From an uncultured Aureispira sp. (GTDB lineage: Bacteria; Bacteroidota; Bacteroidia; Chitinophagales; Saprospiraceae), in NCBI GenBank assembly GCA_937942475.1, contig CALDEP010000158.1, positions 1 to 40,392 on the forward strand: a stretch of 40,392 bases of DNA. The letters are read 5' to 3'. The notes under the pieces were generated by a model, which worked only from the letters and a program-made list of their open reading frames with translations, did not search any database and had not been told where the DNA came from. Below, piece after piece: positions 26,409-36,532 of this stretch (its first letter is position 1; each line of letters begins with the position of its first letter). Made by a program: the position numbers and the translations under genes.

Positions 26409-27131
26409 ATGATGAATTTTAAAATAATAATTCTAGCCTTCTGTTTTGGATTGACCTGTTTTAGTGCCTGTAAAAAAGATGGCGTAGAACCTACTCAAGC
26501 TCAAACGACGACAACGACTACTAGTGCTACAACAAATACCAATACGAACAATAATGGTCAAGGAACGAATACGAATAATGACCCCAATCAAATTACAAGT
26601 ATTGTCATTACTCCAGATTATGGAAAATTTGTAGCAATAATTAACCATTCAATCACTTATTCAGCAAAGGCTTATAATTATTTGGGCAATGAAATTGCGG
26701 CTACTTTTGCGTGGACTACTGTGGATAATAGCATTGCATCAAGTAATGTATCTGGAACTGTAACAGGACTTGGTTTAGGGCAAACATTTGTACAAGCATC
26801 TGCAAATGGAATTCAATCCAACCGTTTAGAGGTATTTGTAGTGGATGATTGTGTACAAGTCTATCCACCTCCTGTATCTTCTCCTGAGATTCTTGGTTTT
26901 CCTGCTTCTATAAGCTTGAATGTAGGAGATACTTATGAAATGAAGGATTATATAGAGTCCAAACGATGTCTTGTGCCGATGTTTGCGATGAAATGCATTG
27001 CCGATGCATCTGTTGTCAGTTTGTCTACGACAGGGATCAGCACGCTTACAGGATTGGCTCCAGGAAGAACAATTGTGACCTTATCTTTTCAAGATCTTAG
27101 AGCATATATTGTGGTAGAAGTTACTCCTTAG
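26409..27131 (+). CDS. Lipoprotein with Thr/Asn-rich linker and bacterial Ig-like (BIG2-type) domains
   Basis: Lipobox CFSACKKDG. Low-complexity linker TTTTTTSATTNTNTNNNGQGTNTNN. BIG2-like blocks (ITSIVITPDYG..., VSGTVTGLGLGQTFVQASANGIQSNRLEVFVV). Confidence 0.65.
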   Translation: MMNFKIIILAFCFGLTCFSACKKDGVEPTQAQTTTTTTSATTNTNTNNNGQGTNTNNDPNQITSIVITPDYGKFVAIINHSITYSAKAYNYLGNEIAATFAWTTVDNSIASSNVSGTVTGLGLGQTFVQASANGIQSNRLEVFVVDDCVQVYPPPVSSPEILGFPASISLNVGDTYEMKDYIESKRCLVPMFAMKCIADASVVSLSTTGISTLTGLAPGRTIVTLSFQDLRAYIVVEVTP

Positions 27132-28491
27132 GTGCTTCAACATCTAGTATGTCTTCTAGTACATCATCCCAAGGATTGTCGAACTCGTCTGCGTCAGCGA
27201 TCTTTTTCATGTCCGTTTCCAAGTCGGTTAATTGCAAAATGATAAAACCAATCACAAAAAACACCGTCATGAACAACATACTGTTACGCATAGAACCAGT
27301 GACTTGATTGATAAAGCCGTAAGCAAAACTGCCAATGACAATCGCTAATTTTTCTGTAATGTCGAAGAAACTAAAGTAGGAAGCAGTATCTTTTGTTCCT
27401 TTTGGAATCAATCTAGAATAGGTAGATCTAGAGATGGATTGGACGCCCCCCATTCCAAAACCTACAATGCCTGCAATAATGTAAAAACCGATTTTGATGG
27501 TCAAGAAATAGCAAGTAATACAAACAGCTACCCACATGATAAGGATGGCGCTAATGGCAAATCGACTGCCTTTTTTACTAGAGACCCAAGAGAAGAAATA
27601 AGCGCCAAAAATAGCTAAAATTTGTAGGATTAAAACAACAATAATCATTTCAATGGAATCAATGCCTACCTCTTTTGACCCAAATAAAGGTGCCAAAAGC
27701 ATGACGGTAAGAACACCCATGCTGTAGAAGAAAAAGGACATTAAGAACTTTTTCATCGTTGGTCGAGACTTGATTTCAGCATAGACTTTTCCTAATTCTT
27801 TTAGTCCCAAACCCAAGACTTTGGAAGACATTTTGTTTTCCGTCGGACGATCTTTTAGGTAGTAGAAAGCGATTTGAGCAAAGCCCATCCACCAAACCCC
27901 AACTAATAGAAACCCAAACTTAGTGGCACTTCCTGCACCGCTAAAGCCAAAGGTTTCAGGAGCGAGGATGAGAGCTAGGTTAATTGTCAGAAGGATCACA
28001 CTTCCTACATAACCAAAGGTAAATCCTTTGGCACTAACACTGTCCATTTGATCGGACGTAGCTATTTCGGGTAAAAAACCATTGTAAAAAACGAGCGAAC
28101 CGGCATAACCAACACTAGCCAGAACAGAGCACATGATTCCATATTCTATGTTAGGACCTTCAAAAAAGTACAAACCCATACAAGATAATGCACCTAAGTA
28201 AGTAAAAAATTGCATGAAGCGTTTTTTACTACCCGTGTAATCTGCAATTCCTGATAAAATAGGAGAGGTTAATACAATGACTAAAAAAGATAAGGAAATC
28301 GCATAGGTAAATAAAACACCACTAGAAATGGTGATTCCAAAAAAGGGAACCATTTCTCCACCAAAAGCTTCCTTGGTGACATTCTCGTAATAGGTTGGAA
28401 AAATAGCTGTTGTAACAATTAAATTATAAACGGAATTGGACCAATCATAAGAGGACCAAGCGTTGATGAGTTTTTTACTATTCTTTTCCAT
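27121..28491 (-). CDS. MFS transporter, UMF1/Atg22-like family
   Basis: The N-terminus NAWSSYDWSNSVYNLIVTTAIFPTYY is the characteristic UMF1-family opening. There are about 12 TM helices. The gene overlaps the convergent 26409 gene by 11 bp. Confidence 0.75.
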   Translation of the reverse strand: MEKNSKKLINAWSSYDWSNSVYNLIVTTAIFPTYYENVTKEAFGGEMVPFFGITISSGVLFTYAISLSFLVIVLTSPILSGIADYTGSKKRFMQFFTYLGALSCMGLYFFEGPNIEYGIMCSVLASVGYAGSLVFYNGFLPEIATSDQMDSVSAKGFTFGYVGSVILLTINLALILAPETFGFSGAGSATKFGFLLVGVWWMGFAQIAFYYLKDRPTENKMSSKVLGLGLKELGKVYAEIKSRPTMKKFLMSFFFYSMGVLTVMLLAPLFGSKEVGIDSIEMIIVVLILQILAIFGAYFFSWVSSKKGSRFAISAILIMWVAVCITCYFLTIKIGFYIIAGIVGFGMGGVQSISRSTYSRLIPKGTKDTASYFSFFDITEKLAIVIGSFAYGFINQVTGSMRNSMLFMTVFFVIGFIILQLTDLETDMKKIADADEFDNPWDDVLEDILDVEAPKE

Positions 28492-28781
28492 GCGAATGTT
28501 TTGTACAGCGTGTTTGTGTGTGCAGTTTTTTGTGTTACTACAATATAGGAATAAGGAGGAAAGAAAAGGATTTTAGGGCAAAAATAAATTTGAAGTAAAG
28601 ACTTCCAATAAAAGATAACTCCTGCTGTTTGCTATCATGACATCTGAAACAATCAAATCAACGTACTTCTAGATTAATCAATGTAAGAGTGCCTGTATTG
28701 GATCAAGGGAGTGAAGGTGCTTTAAGAACTATCTTTTAGATGGTGAATTTAATTTTACCATCATAAGGTTTAGGATTAGAT

Positions 28782-28817
28782 AAAAAAATAAGCGGCTATT
28801 CATTTGAATAGCCGCTT
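28782..28817 (-). terminator. Rho-independent terminator for the 28842-30230 gene (AAGCGGCTATTCA/TGAATAGCCGCTT stem, then a T-run on the minus strand)
   Basis: A 12-13-bp perfect stem at 28790-28817 with AAAAAAAT on the plus strand (28782-28789), i.e. a U-run on the minus strand, 25 nt past the stop. Confidence 0.6.
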
Positions 28818-28841
28818 GTATTATATTGAAAATATAATTTT

Positions 28842-30230
28842 TTATCTAGTAGAACTCATGTCTCCACCAGAATCAACATTTCCGCTGGTTTCTCCAAAAG
28901 TATAAGCACTATCTGGTACATCATAGCCATTAGGAACTACATAAGCAACTATTTTGCTCGTTGAGAATGATTTTACATTAACAGCATTCGCTTGATTGCC
29001 ACCTAACATCATTACATTGTTTCCTTTTTTACCAACAACAAAGCCTACGTGACCTTTCCAGCCAGGACCAGGACCATCCCAATCAATAACAGCGATCGCT
29101 CCATAAGCAGGTTTGTCTAGTTTTTTGCCATATTTCTTCCAAGAAATAGCCATGGCACTATTGGTACCACCTTTTCCAGCTTTTTTCATCACCCAGTTGA
29201 CAAAAGAAGAACACCAAGGCGTTTCATCATTATTAGTAATCCCAGTAGTAGCATGATATTCCATTACTCTAGGATCATGTTTAGTTTTACTGGTATTTTC
29301 TTTTACCCCTTTTTCTCCTTCTGCTATTACAATCCAATTAGGTTTGCCTTGAGGACCGCCACCGCCGCCGCTAGTATCACCACTGTCATCACTGTCAATA
29401 GCTTTTCCGCTACCCGTTAGTAGTTTCCAAGTTCTGCCATTAGGATCTATGAGTCCATCACTAAAGCCATTCATATTGACTTCTTGAAACTTTTTGATCG
29501 CTCTAATTGTCAAAGGACCACAAACTCCAAGACCTACTAATTTAGCTCCTTTGTCTTTAAGTAACTTTTGTACAAGTTTGACATCTTCTTTATCATTGAC
29601 CCCTTTCTTTCCAACGGATTTTTTGATCTCCGTGTTTTCTGCTGTTGCATCTGTATTCTCGCCAGAAGCGTCACTAGAAGCCGCAGTTAGTTTTTTCCAA
29701 GTATCATCACCAGGAGCAATAAGACCTGTTTCAGAGATACCTACTTTGGTTTGGAATTTTTTGATTGCTTTAATTGTTTTAGGGCCACAGATTCCAGAAC
29801 CTTTTAAGTCCGCATTATCTTTTTCTTTGAGTAGGTTTTGAACCACCTGCACATCTGCTTTTTTATTATCTCCTTTCTTTCCAACCGATCCCCCAATACT
29901 ACCACCACTACTAGTGTTGTCGTCCTCATCCTCTACTTCTGCATTAAGCAGTCCAGGATCAACGGTATCGTCTTTAGTGCTAGACCAATCTTTTTTGGCT
30001 TCTTCATTAGACTTTAAGGCATTGTCAGATCGCTCATTTGAACTTAGCTCTTTTTCTTTGCTTTCTATTTTAGCTAGAATTTTCTTTAGAGCAGCATTGA
30101 GCTTATCTAATTTTTTTTGTTCTTCTTTATCTATGGTACCATCTGCTAGATATAGTTTTTCATAGTGTTTTAGAGCATCTTCGTATTTGCGCAAGGATGC
30201 ACGTAATTTTTCTAGTTTTTGCAGTTTCAT
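28842..30230 (-). CDS. Peptidoglycan hydrolase-like protein: N-terminal coiled coil, two PG_binding_1 repeats, C-terminal CHAP/NlpC-P60-like Cys-His domain; no signal peptide
   Basis: Two ~65-aa repeats VGKKGDNKKADVQVVQNLL...ICGPKTIKAIKKFQ / VGKKGVNDKEDVKLVQKLL...VCGPLTIRAIKKFQ fit the PG-binding domain 1 pattern. The C-terminal ETPWCSSFVNWVM...GHVGFVVG has the Cys and His context of CHAP/TIGR02594-type amidases. The N-terminus MKLQKLEKLRASLRKYEDALKHYEKLY is helical and not a signal peptide. Confidence 0.65.
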   Translation of the reverse strand: MKLQKLEKLRASLRKYEDALKHYEKLYLADGTIDKEEQKKLDKLNAALKKILAKIESKEKELSSNERSDNALKSNEEAKKDWSSTKDDTVDPGLLNAEVEDEDDNTSSGGSIGGSVGKKGDNKKADVQVVQNLLKEKDNADLKGSGICGPKTIKAIKKFQTKVGISETGLIAPGDDTWKKLTAASSDASGENTDATAENTEIKKSVGKKGVNDKEDVKLVQKLLKDKGAKLVGLGVCGPLTIRAIKKFQEVNMNGFSDGLIDPNGRTWKLLTGSGKAIDSDDSGDTSGGGGGPQGKPNWIVIAEGEKGVKENTSKTKHDPRVMEYHATTGITNNDETPWCSSFVNWVMKKAGKGGTNSAMAISWKKYGKKLDKPAYGAIAVIDWDGPGPGWKGHVGFVVGKKGNNVMMLGGNQANAVNVKSFSTSKIVAYVVPNGYDVPDSAYTFGETSGNVDSGGDMSSTR

Positions 30231-30467
30231 AACTTTTATTTGATTTTAAAAATCAACGGGGGGTAATTCCTTTATTAGAAAGGTGTTGAAATTTAGTTTG
30301 GTAAAGGTTCTTTTTTATACAGTATGTATTTTGAAAAAATGTTCGAAGGGTAAATATAATTTTTTTTTTTGAAAAAACAAACACTTTTTATTATTGTCTT
30401 ATTAAAGACATCTTATTCTTTAATCCTTAAAAACCTATTATTTATGAAGAATTCACAAGGAATTACT

Positions 30468-30605
30468 ATGAAATGGCAGGTCTTATATTTTTGCTTATTT
30501 TTACTATTTATTTCAATATTTAGTGCATGTCGAGCCGATTCGAGTATAAATTTAGTAGGAACTTGGTCGACTTCTGATGGTGGATTAACAATTGCTGCAT
30601 GTTAA
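30468..30605 (+). CDS. Possible very small lipoprotein ORF (dubious)
   Basis: MKWQVLYFCLFLLFISIFSAC lipobox-like signal. The mature part would be only ~25 aa. The ORF is convergent with the protease gene and overlaps its stop. Confidence 0.2.
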   Translation: MKWQVLYFCLFLLFISIFSACRADSSINLVGTWSTSDGGLTIAAC

Positions 30606-33600
30606 GGCTGTTTTACTACTTTGAAAATAGCCGTAGCGTTTTTATTTGTTTTCACAACAATAAAATAAACGCCAGGACTGCCTTCAAAACTTAAATTCAA
30701 ACGTTGTTTTTGATTATGTGTACTTTGATGGACAACTTGTCCCAAAGTATTACTAATAAGAACGCTAGTGTTGGCTTGAACATCTTGTAAATCTACCGTA
30801 AATGTTCCCTTGTTAGGATTTGGATATAATGTAAAGTTATGATCCTTAGATACTTCTGTGAAGTCAATCGTGCTAATGACCTGAGCCTCTAAGTTAATAT
30901 CATCAATTGCTAAATCAGATTGGTAACCCCCTCCTGTAGCGCCTCTAAATGCTAAGACAACTTTTTGATCAACAAAAGCACTTAAATCAACAGAAATAGA
31001 ATCCCATTGGTCGCCTTGATCGCCTTGAACAGAGGGCATCACATCTTGATATAAATTGCCATCTGCAATGACGTCAAGGTGCAAAGATCCAATACCGCCA
31101 CCATAAGCATGATACCAAAAGGATAGATTGGGTTGAGTAACATTTGTAAGGTCTAGACAAGGAGAATGTAAAATAGCTTCTTTGTAAGTACAACCTGAAC
31201 CACCATTACCAGAACCTTCCAAGTATAAATAATTGCCAATACCAGAGGTATGATCGCCACTTGGTCCTGTTCCACCAGTCCCTGTTCCATTCTCATCTGT
31301 ACGCCAGTCAATATCATCGCCTTGTGTGTTGGTGACATTGTACCAACCTTGTGAAAGGTTGCATATTTCGGATTCACATCCCCAAGCAGTACTACACAAA
31401 GTAAAGGAGTCAAAAGAGTTGACTAAAGGCAAGGCAGCAGGTATGCTATTGTAAATAATTAGACTGTCGATAAGACTATCGTTCATCAAGTTTCCATCAG
31501 TAGGATAATGTGTCCAAACCGCTAAGCTATGGCTTCCTATACTTAGATTTAAGGGGGTATTGAAGGTCACTAATGCTTCAACGCCACTGGCTAAGTTGCT
31601 GTAAATGGTATCTAAAACAGGCGTTTGCCCATCTAAACTATAAGCAACAGGAATAAAACTAAGGGTATTGGTGCCCCAATTTCGTACATTTATTTTAATC
31701 GCTAGACTATTGTTATTACTACAAAGAGGAAGGACTGAATTGCCTGGAGTCGCTAAGCTAGTGATTCCAACATCATAAGGCGTACAGTTAATATTGGTTG
31801 GAAAGCGCTCAGTAGCAAGGCTTCGTTTCCCAATACTATTATTTCTAACCGCTGCTACCGCCAAGAATTCAGAAGCCGTCAAGGAGAGGTTATTAAGAAT
31901 AAAGTAATTGGAGGTACTGTAGGCAATAGAATCCATTGTTTGTGCTCCCAATTGATAAATAATGTAGCCATCTGCATCGGGAATGCTATCCCAGTAGATT
32001 AAACTAGAGTCGCTACAAGACCAAACTACGTTTAAGTTTTGAGCTTGTCCTAAGATGGAAAAAGTGGCATCACTAAGTCCGTCAATGCTTCCTCGATTCA
32101 CTCGAATTAAAGCTGTACTAGAAAAGGTATCAGGTACGGTCCAATCGTAAAAACGAGTATTATTAGCTAGATTAGAGGCAATATTAAGCCATGTTGTGCC
32201 ATTGTCTAAGGAATAAGAAAGATCAAAAGTATTCGTCGTGTCGCCTTGGCTGTCCCAACGAATTCGCTCTGTAGCACTAGGTGTGAAATGCTCTCCACCT
32301 AATGGATAGGTGACATACAACTCATCGTAAATAAATTCATAGACAATAAAATATTCTTGTGGCCCTACAGGGACTGAAAAACCAGTTACAGATAAAGTGT
32401 AATTCCCACTAACAGGGTTAAATAAACTAACTTGCTCTACATTGTTTAAACTATCTCTAGTTCTAACTGCTGGAGATTCTAATAACAAAGAATCAGGCGT
32501 GGGATTGAGTACCCAAGGTTGCCATTGTACAGCAGAAGGATCGTGTAGTCGAATGTCTAAATCGTTGACTAAGGCACGGCTTGTAATTCCTGCAACGGCT
32601 TCGTAATCGGTCCAGTAAACCATCACTCGAACTTCTTTTACATTATTAGGAACGCTAATGCTGTGTGTATTGGAATCGCCTTGCATGGCACTAGCCGAAG
32701 AAAACTGATTTTGGTTGATAATATTGTACGCTTTTCGAGCATTTATTTTTCCATAACCTGATTTGAAATCAGGACCAATATTGAGCATGTCGTCCGCAGA
32801 ATTCATCAAAATGGCTTTAATTAAGCCAGATTTAGGTAAGTTGCCTCCATTTTTTACTTTATAAACTTGTGTTAATTGGGCAAATAAACCTGCTAAATTT
32901 GGGGAAGCGTGAGAGGTTCCACCAGGACCAGTAGCGCAAATGTCTGGTAAAATACGACCATCCCAAGCAGGACCACGACTACTAAAACCTGTTAAATTTC
33001 CTGCCGTATTTAAGGCACCAACGGCAAATATATTTTTTGCAGATTTGATCAAACCAGTAATGTTTCCCCAACCTACACCTGCTGCACCATTGCCATAACC
33101 ACAATCACTTCCACCCATGTTTCCACAAGAATAAGTAATCATAAAAGAAGGATTGGTACGAACTAAATTATCATTGTTTGCTGCACCAGAATTATAAGTG
33201 CTTGTTGTTCCACTACCAATACAGCCATAACCAAAAGAATTATTAACAATCGTAATGCCACTAGTAGCAGCATTGCCAAAGTTAATGCCCCCAGAATGCA
33301 AGGTAGCACCAAAAGCAGTTCCTCTAAAATCTGGATTGAGATTACCCGCACTTGCCATGCGTCTACCAACGCCTGTTTTGTGTCCCGAAGCCGTTCCTGT
33401 TTCCAAACTTCTATCCAAGCGGTTTTTAAAATTGGCTTGATGGATAGAATCTACACGTCCACCTTCGTTAACGGCAATGTCAATGCCTGCGCCATTAAAA
33501 AAGAGTCCTTGCCCGATGTTATCAGAAATATAATTACTCTGAATAAGGGTTATTTCTTCCTTAAATTCATCTTCTTGTGGCGGCATTTTAAATTCAATGT

Positions 33601-34186
33601 ATTGAACCAAAGGATGCTTTGCAAACTCAATTAATTCTAACCAACTCGTATTTACTTCCACCCAATTGGATTCAGGTTTGCTATTTTCTACGGCTAATCC
33701 TGCTCGCTCACAAAGGTCTTGATAATCTACAGCAGCCGTTTTTTCCTTCCAAAATAGAATTCTAGCAGATAACAAATCAAGATTCCCTGCATGGCTGGGA
33801 ATATTTGCCGTTTCAAGGGCTAAAGACATTTTCCAAGCCGCTTTAAAGGCACTAAGACCTCTAAGTTTTAGTTGGTTTAAGTTTTCAATTGGAATGTCTT
33901 GGCTTATTTTGGCAATCCAAGCATAGTTAGGAACATAATGCATCAACTCAATGCCTTGTTGTTCCAGTACTGCTTTGTCCGTTCCTGTGGGAATGTCTTC
34001 CAATTGAAGCAAGACATAAACATGTTGCCCAAATTTACTTTGTGGATGCTCTTTTAAGTGTTCCCAACTTTTAGTAATGTCCTTGTCGAAATGAACAGAA
34101 CCATTGGATAGGAGCACTTTGTAATCTTTTTGACCAAACGTTATCAAAGAAACAAATAAGAAAAGAAAAGTGGCTAGATACTTCAT
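30602..34186 (-). CDS. Subtilisin-like (S8) serine protease with MAM-like domain and T9SS C-terminal sorting domain
   Basis: Signal peptide MKYLATFLFLFVSLITFGQ. Ser motif GTSHASPNLAGLFAQL. MAM-like block DHTSGIGNYLYLEGSG...LHSPCLDL...LSFWYHAYGGGIGSLHLDV. C-terminal T9SS CTD FTLYPNPNKGTFTVDL...GVYFIVVKTNKNATAIFKVVKQ. Confidence 0.75.
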   Translation of the reverse strand: MKYLATFLFLFVSLITFGQKDYKVLLSNGSVHFDKDITKSWEHLKEHPQSKFGQHVYVLLQLEDIPTGTDKAVLEQQGIELMHYVPNYAWIAKISQDIPIENLNQLKLRGLSAFKAAWKMSLALETANIPSHAGNLDLLSARILFWKEKTAAVDYQDLCERAGLAVENSKPESNWVEVNTSWLELIEFAKHPLVQYIEFKMPPQEDEFKEEITLIQSNYISDNIGQGLFFNGAGIDIAVNEGGRVDSIHQANFKNRLDRSLETGTASGHKTGVGRRMASAGNLNPDFRGTAFGATLHSGGINFGNAATSGITIVNNSFGYGCIGSGTTSTYNSGAANNDNLVRTNPSFMITYSCGNMGGSDCGYGNGAAGVGWGNITGLIKSAKNIFAVGALNTAGNLTGFSSRGPAWDGRILPDICATGPGGTSHASPNLAGLFAQLTQVYKVKNGGNLPKSGLIKAILMNSADDMLNIGPDFKSGYGKINARKAYNIINQNQFSSASAMQGDSNTHSISVPNNVKEVRVMVYWTDYEAVAGITSRALVNDLDIRLHDPSAVQWQPWVLNPTPDSLLLESPAVRTRDSLNNVEQVSLFNPVSGNYTLSVTGFSVPVGPQEYFIVYEFIYDELYVTYPLGGEHFTPSATERIRWDSQGDTTNTFDLSYSLDNGTTWLNIASNLANNTRFYDWTVPDTFSSTALIRVNRGSIDGLSDATFSILGQAQNLNVVWSCSDSSLIYWDSIPDADGYIIYQLGAQTMDSIAYSTSNYFILNNLSLTASEFLAVAAVRNNSIGKRSLATERFPTNINCTPYDVGITSLATPGNSVLPLCSNNNSLAIKINVRNWGTNTLSFIPVAYSLDGQTPVLDTIYSNLASGVEALVTFNTPLNLSIGSHSLAVWTHYPTDGNLMNDSLIDSLIIYNSIPAALPLVNSFDSFTLCSTAWGCESEICNLSQGWYNVTNTQGDDIDWRTDENGTGTGGTGPSGDHTSGIGNYLYLEGSGNGGSGCTYKEAILHSPCLDLTNVTQPNLSFWYHAYGGGIGSLHLDVIADGNLYQDVMPSVQGDQGDQWDSISVDLSAFVDQKVVLAFRGATGGGYQSDLAIDDINLEAQVISTIDFTEVSKDHNFTLYPNPNKGTFTVDLQDVQANTSVLISNTLGQVVHQSTHNQKQRLNLSFEGSPGVYFIVVKTNKNATAIFKVVKQP

Positions 34187-34420
34187 TAGAAAAGAAATTA
34201 GGAGGGTAAATATAATGTGACCTTTTAGTCAATATAGCTTGTTTTTTCTTCTTTTTGAAAGAACAAACCTATTATATATCTACTAATTGTACCGTTCTAA
34301 TGGTTTTTAATACATCAATAAAGATAGCTTATTTTAAGACCTCATGAAGAGATGACAGCCGAAATATGGCAAGCTCTTAACCTAGATAATTTAAAAAATC
34401 ACTAAATAGCGTTAACCTAA

Positions 34421-36532
34421 TTACCAGCCCATCCAAAATCCGAGACCATCTTCCCAGTTTATCGTAACTCTACAACTAAGTCCAATAGTATGCCTAGAGA
34501 CTATGGTTTGTTCATTCGTGGGGATCAGCGGTATTTTATAACTATAATAAAGACTAACATACACAGCATTAGTTCTGATAGGAACGATAGCCAAACGAGG
34601 CGCTAATCTTAAATCAAAAGCATTGTTATAATTAGTATAAGCAATCAAATCTAATTGAAAAGCAATCGGTTCTCGCACCCTTGAGTAATTGTATCCTACT
34701 CTATATCCCATTAAAAGATCAGGATTCTTGAGGTAATTCCATTCTACAGCAAAGGAGAAGGTATGAAAATGGAAAGGATTAGGCTGCGACCTATATTTGG
34801 ATTTACTTTTTGTCATAACTTCTTTAAAACGGCTATCTTTTTTTACAAAACTTGTTGGATACTGGGTATTTATGTAATATAGAAATTCGATACCTGTAAA
34901 AGCTGCTTGTCCCCAGCCGTATTCTGTATAAATTCCAAAATTAGCCCCTGAGGATGGAGCCTTACCCTCAAACCAACCATGCAGCTTCACTTCTGAGTCC
35001 TCTGGCAATGCCTTATATAATCTCCTATAGTGAATTTCATTTTTTATAGCTAGGATATTAAACTCGAGGTAGTTTAATTTTTTTAATTTTTTAAGTTTTC
35101 GAACATTCATTAATAACTTTCTCCTATCTCTGTAAGCCCCGCTGTGACCTAAGTCAAGTCTCTGTAAATTTTTGAATTGGTAGATTTGCTCTGGATACTT
35201 CCCCTCCGGCATGTAGGAATAACTCAAATCAAGTGAACGAAGCTTCTTTAAGGTGACAAGACTGTCAGGAAGCTTAGCAAGCGTTCTTTGAGGACTTATA
35301 ATAGTTAAGGCTCTGAGTTCCTTTAAAAAACGAATGGAATCTGAAAGTGCATAATACATTATATCTAATGTCTTCAGACTCCTCAGAGCATAGATAGATG
35401 AGGGCAAAGTATAAGTGCCAGATTCCTCCTGGTGAAGCAATAAGCTTTCTAACTGTGCTAGATTTTGGATGGAGTCTGAAATGGGATTCATGTTCGATCG
35501 TGGAATATGAATGGATAAATGCTTTAGTTTTTTCAAAAAGCGAATGGAGTCCGAAACATGATCGGTCCAGATGTACAAGGCTTCTAAATTTGATAGTTGA
35601 TATAAAGAGGAGGGGATTTCTAAACCTAAACGCCATCTCCACCCTCTAGGAATCTTCAAAGATTGGAGCGCAGAAAATAAATTAATATTGGAGGGGATAT
35701 ATTGAGGCGCAGGGGCTAAAGTTAGTTCTTTTAGACTAGGGATGGGGGGAGGGAAATGACCTGATTTAACATACATGGATTCCATCCCAGGATATATAAC
35801 GGGGCCAGAAGTATCTGTCAGATACTCTAATTGGCTACACTTACTCAATTTAGTTGCAAAGTATTTATAGGATATTTTTTCTGTATAAATGGTTTTTAGT
35901 TGAGGTGGGAAATTATATAGATGTCTTATCTTTGACCGCCATCTATAGTTAGCGTCTCCATAGTGATCTATAATAAATGTAGTAATATTCGTTAAGCTAC
36001 CTAAATGTCTATTTTGTAGCGCTTCATTTAGCCAAACGACGCTGTCTAGTTTGCTAAATTGTTGCAAGCATTCTATAAATAGTAAACTACTATCAGCTCC
36101 TTCAAAATAGCTGACCTCTTTAAATTTATTAAGTAAAGAAATTTGCTGAAGTTCAGAAGATGAATAGGCGTTTTCAGCAGGCTTTAATAGGATACGCTTG
36201 ATAGATGCATTTTTTGCTAATAATTCGATTAAATTTGGAGGCAGATAGCTGTACAAATATAAATTTTCAACGAATTGTATTTTATGGATAAAACTATCTA
36301 GGTGATGTTGAAGAATAGAATCTAATAAACAAGGTTTACCATAAAAAGGGGCTATCAAATCACTCTTCTGAATAGATAATGCCTTAATATCTTTTGTAGC
36401 AGATAAGACCTCCTCCAAACAATAAACAGAAGTATCTTCACTCCTAAAGAAGTGATCTGTTTTAATACAGCTCTGTGCCGATAAATCTAAAATAAATAGG
36501 AGCTGAAAAAATAAAAAACATTTAAATTTCAT
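34421..36532 (-). CDS. Secreted LRR-containing protein with C-terminal aromatic-rich (possibly beta-barrel) domain
   Basis: Signal peptide MKFKCFLFFQLLFILDLSAQS. Irregular LRRs in the middle third (LKELTLAP, LSNLEALYIW, LAQLESLLL, LKTLDIMYY). The C-terminal ~180 aa alternate aromatic and polar residues and end ...GFWMGW. Confidence 0.55.
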   Translation of the reverse strand: MKFKCFLFFQLLFILDLSAQSCIKTDHFFRSEDTSVYCLEEVLSATKDIKALSIQKSDLIAPFYGKPCLLDSILQHHLDSFIHKIQFVENLYLYSYLPPNLIELLAKNASIKRILLKPAENAYSSSELQQISLLNKFKEVSYFEGADSSLLFIECLQQFSKLDSVVWLNEALQNRHLGSLTNITTFIIDHYGDANYRWRSKIRHLYNFPPQLKTIYTEKISYKYFATKLSKCSQLEYLTDTSGPVIYPGMESMYVKSGHFPPPIPSLKELTLAPAPQYIPSNINLFSALQSLKIPRGWRWRLGLEIPSSLYQLSNLEALYIWTDHVSDSIRFLKKLKHLSIHIPRSNMNPISDSIQNLAQLESLLLHQEESGTYTLPSSIYALRSLKTLDIMYYALSDSIRFLKELRALTIISPQRTLAKLPDSLVTLKKLRSLDLSYSYMPEGKYPEQIYQFKNLQRLDLGHSGAYRDRRKLLMNVRKLKKLKKLNYLEFNILAIKNEIHYRRLYKALPEDSEVKLHGWFEGKAPSSGANFGIYTEYGWGQAAFTGIEFLYYINTQYPTSFVKKDSRFKEVMTKSKSKYRSQPNPFHFHTFSFAVEWNYLKNPDLLMGYRVGYNYSRVREPIAFQLDLIAYTNYNNAFDLRLAPRLAIVPIRTNAVYVSLYYSYKIPLIPTNEQTIVSRHTIGLSCRVTINWEDGLGFWMGW

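Noticed and set aside
29494-30165. Plus-strand ORFs (29494-29841, 29914-30165) antisense to the PG-hydrolase gene
   Set aside because: They arise from the reverse complement of Gly/Lys/Ser-rich repeats, and the translations are Ser/Leu low complexity.
30369-30605. 78-aa ORF possibly encoding an immunity-like small lipoprotein divergent from the PG-hydrolase gene
   Set aside because: It is kept only as a low-confidence feature. The mature peptide would be ~25 aa, the orientation is divergent rather than co-directional, and it overlaps the protease gene stop. Evidence is insufficient for an effector-immunity pair.
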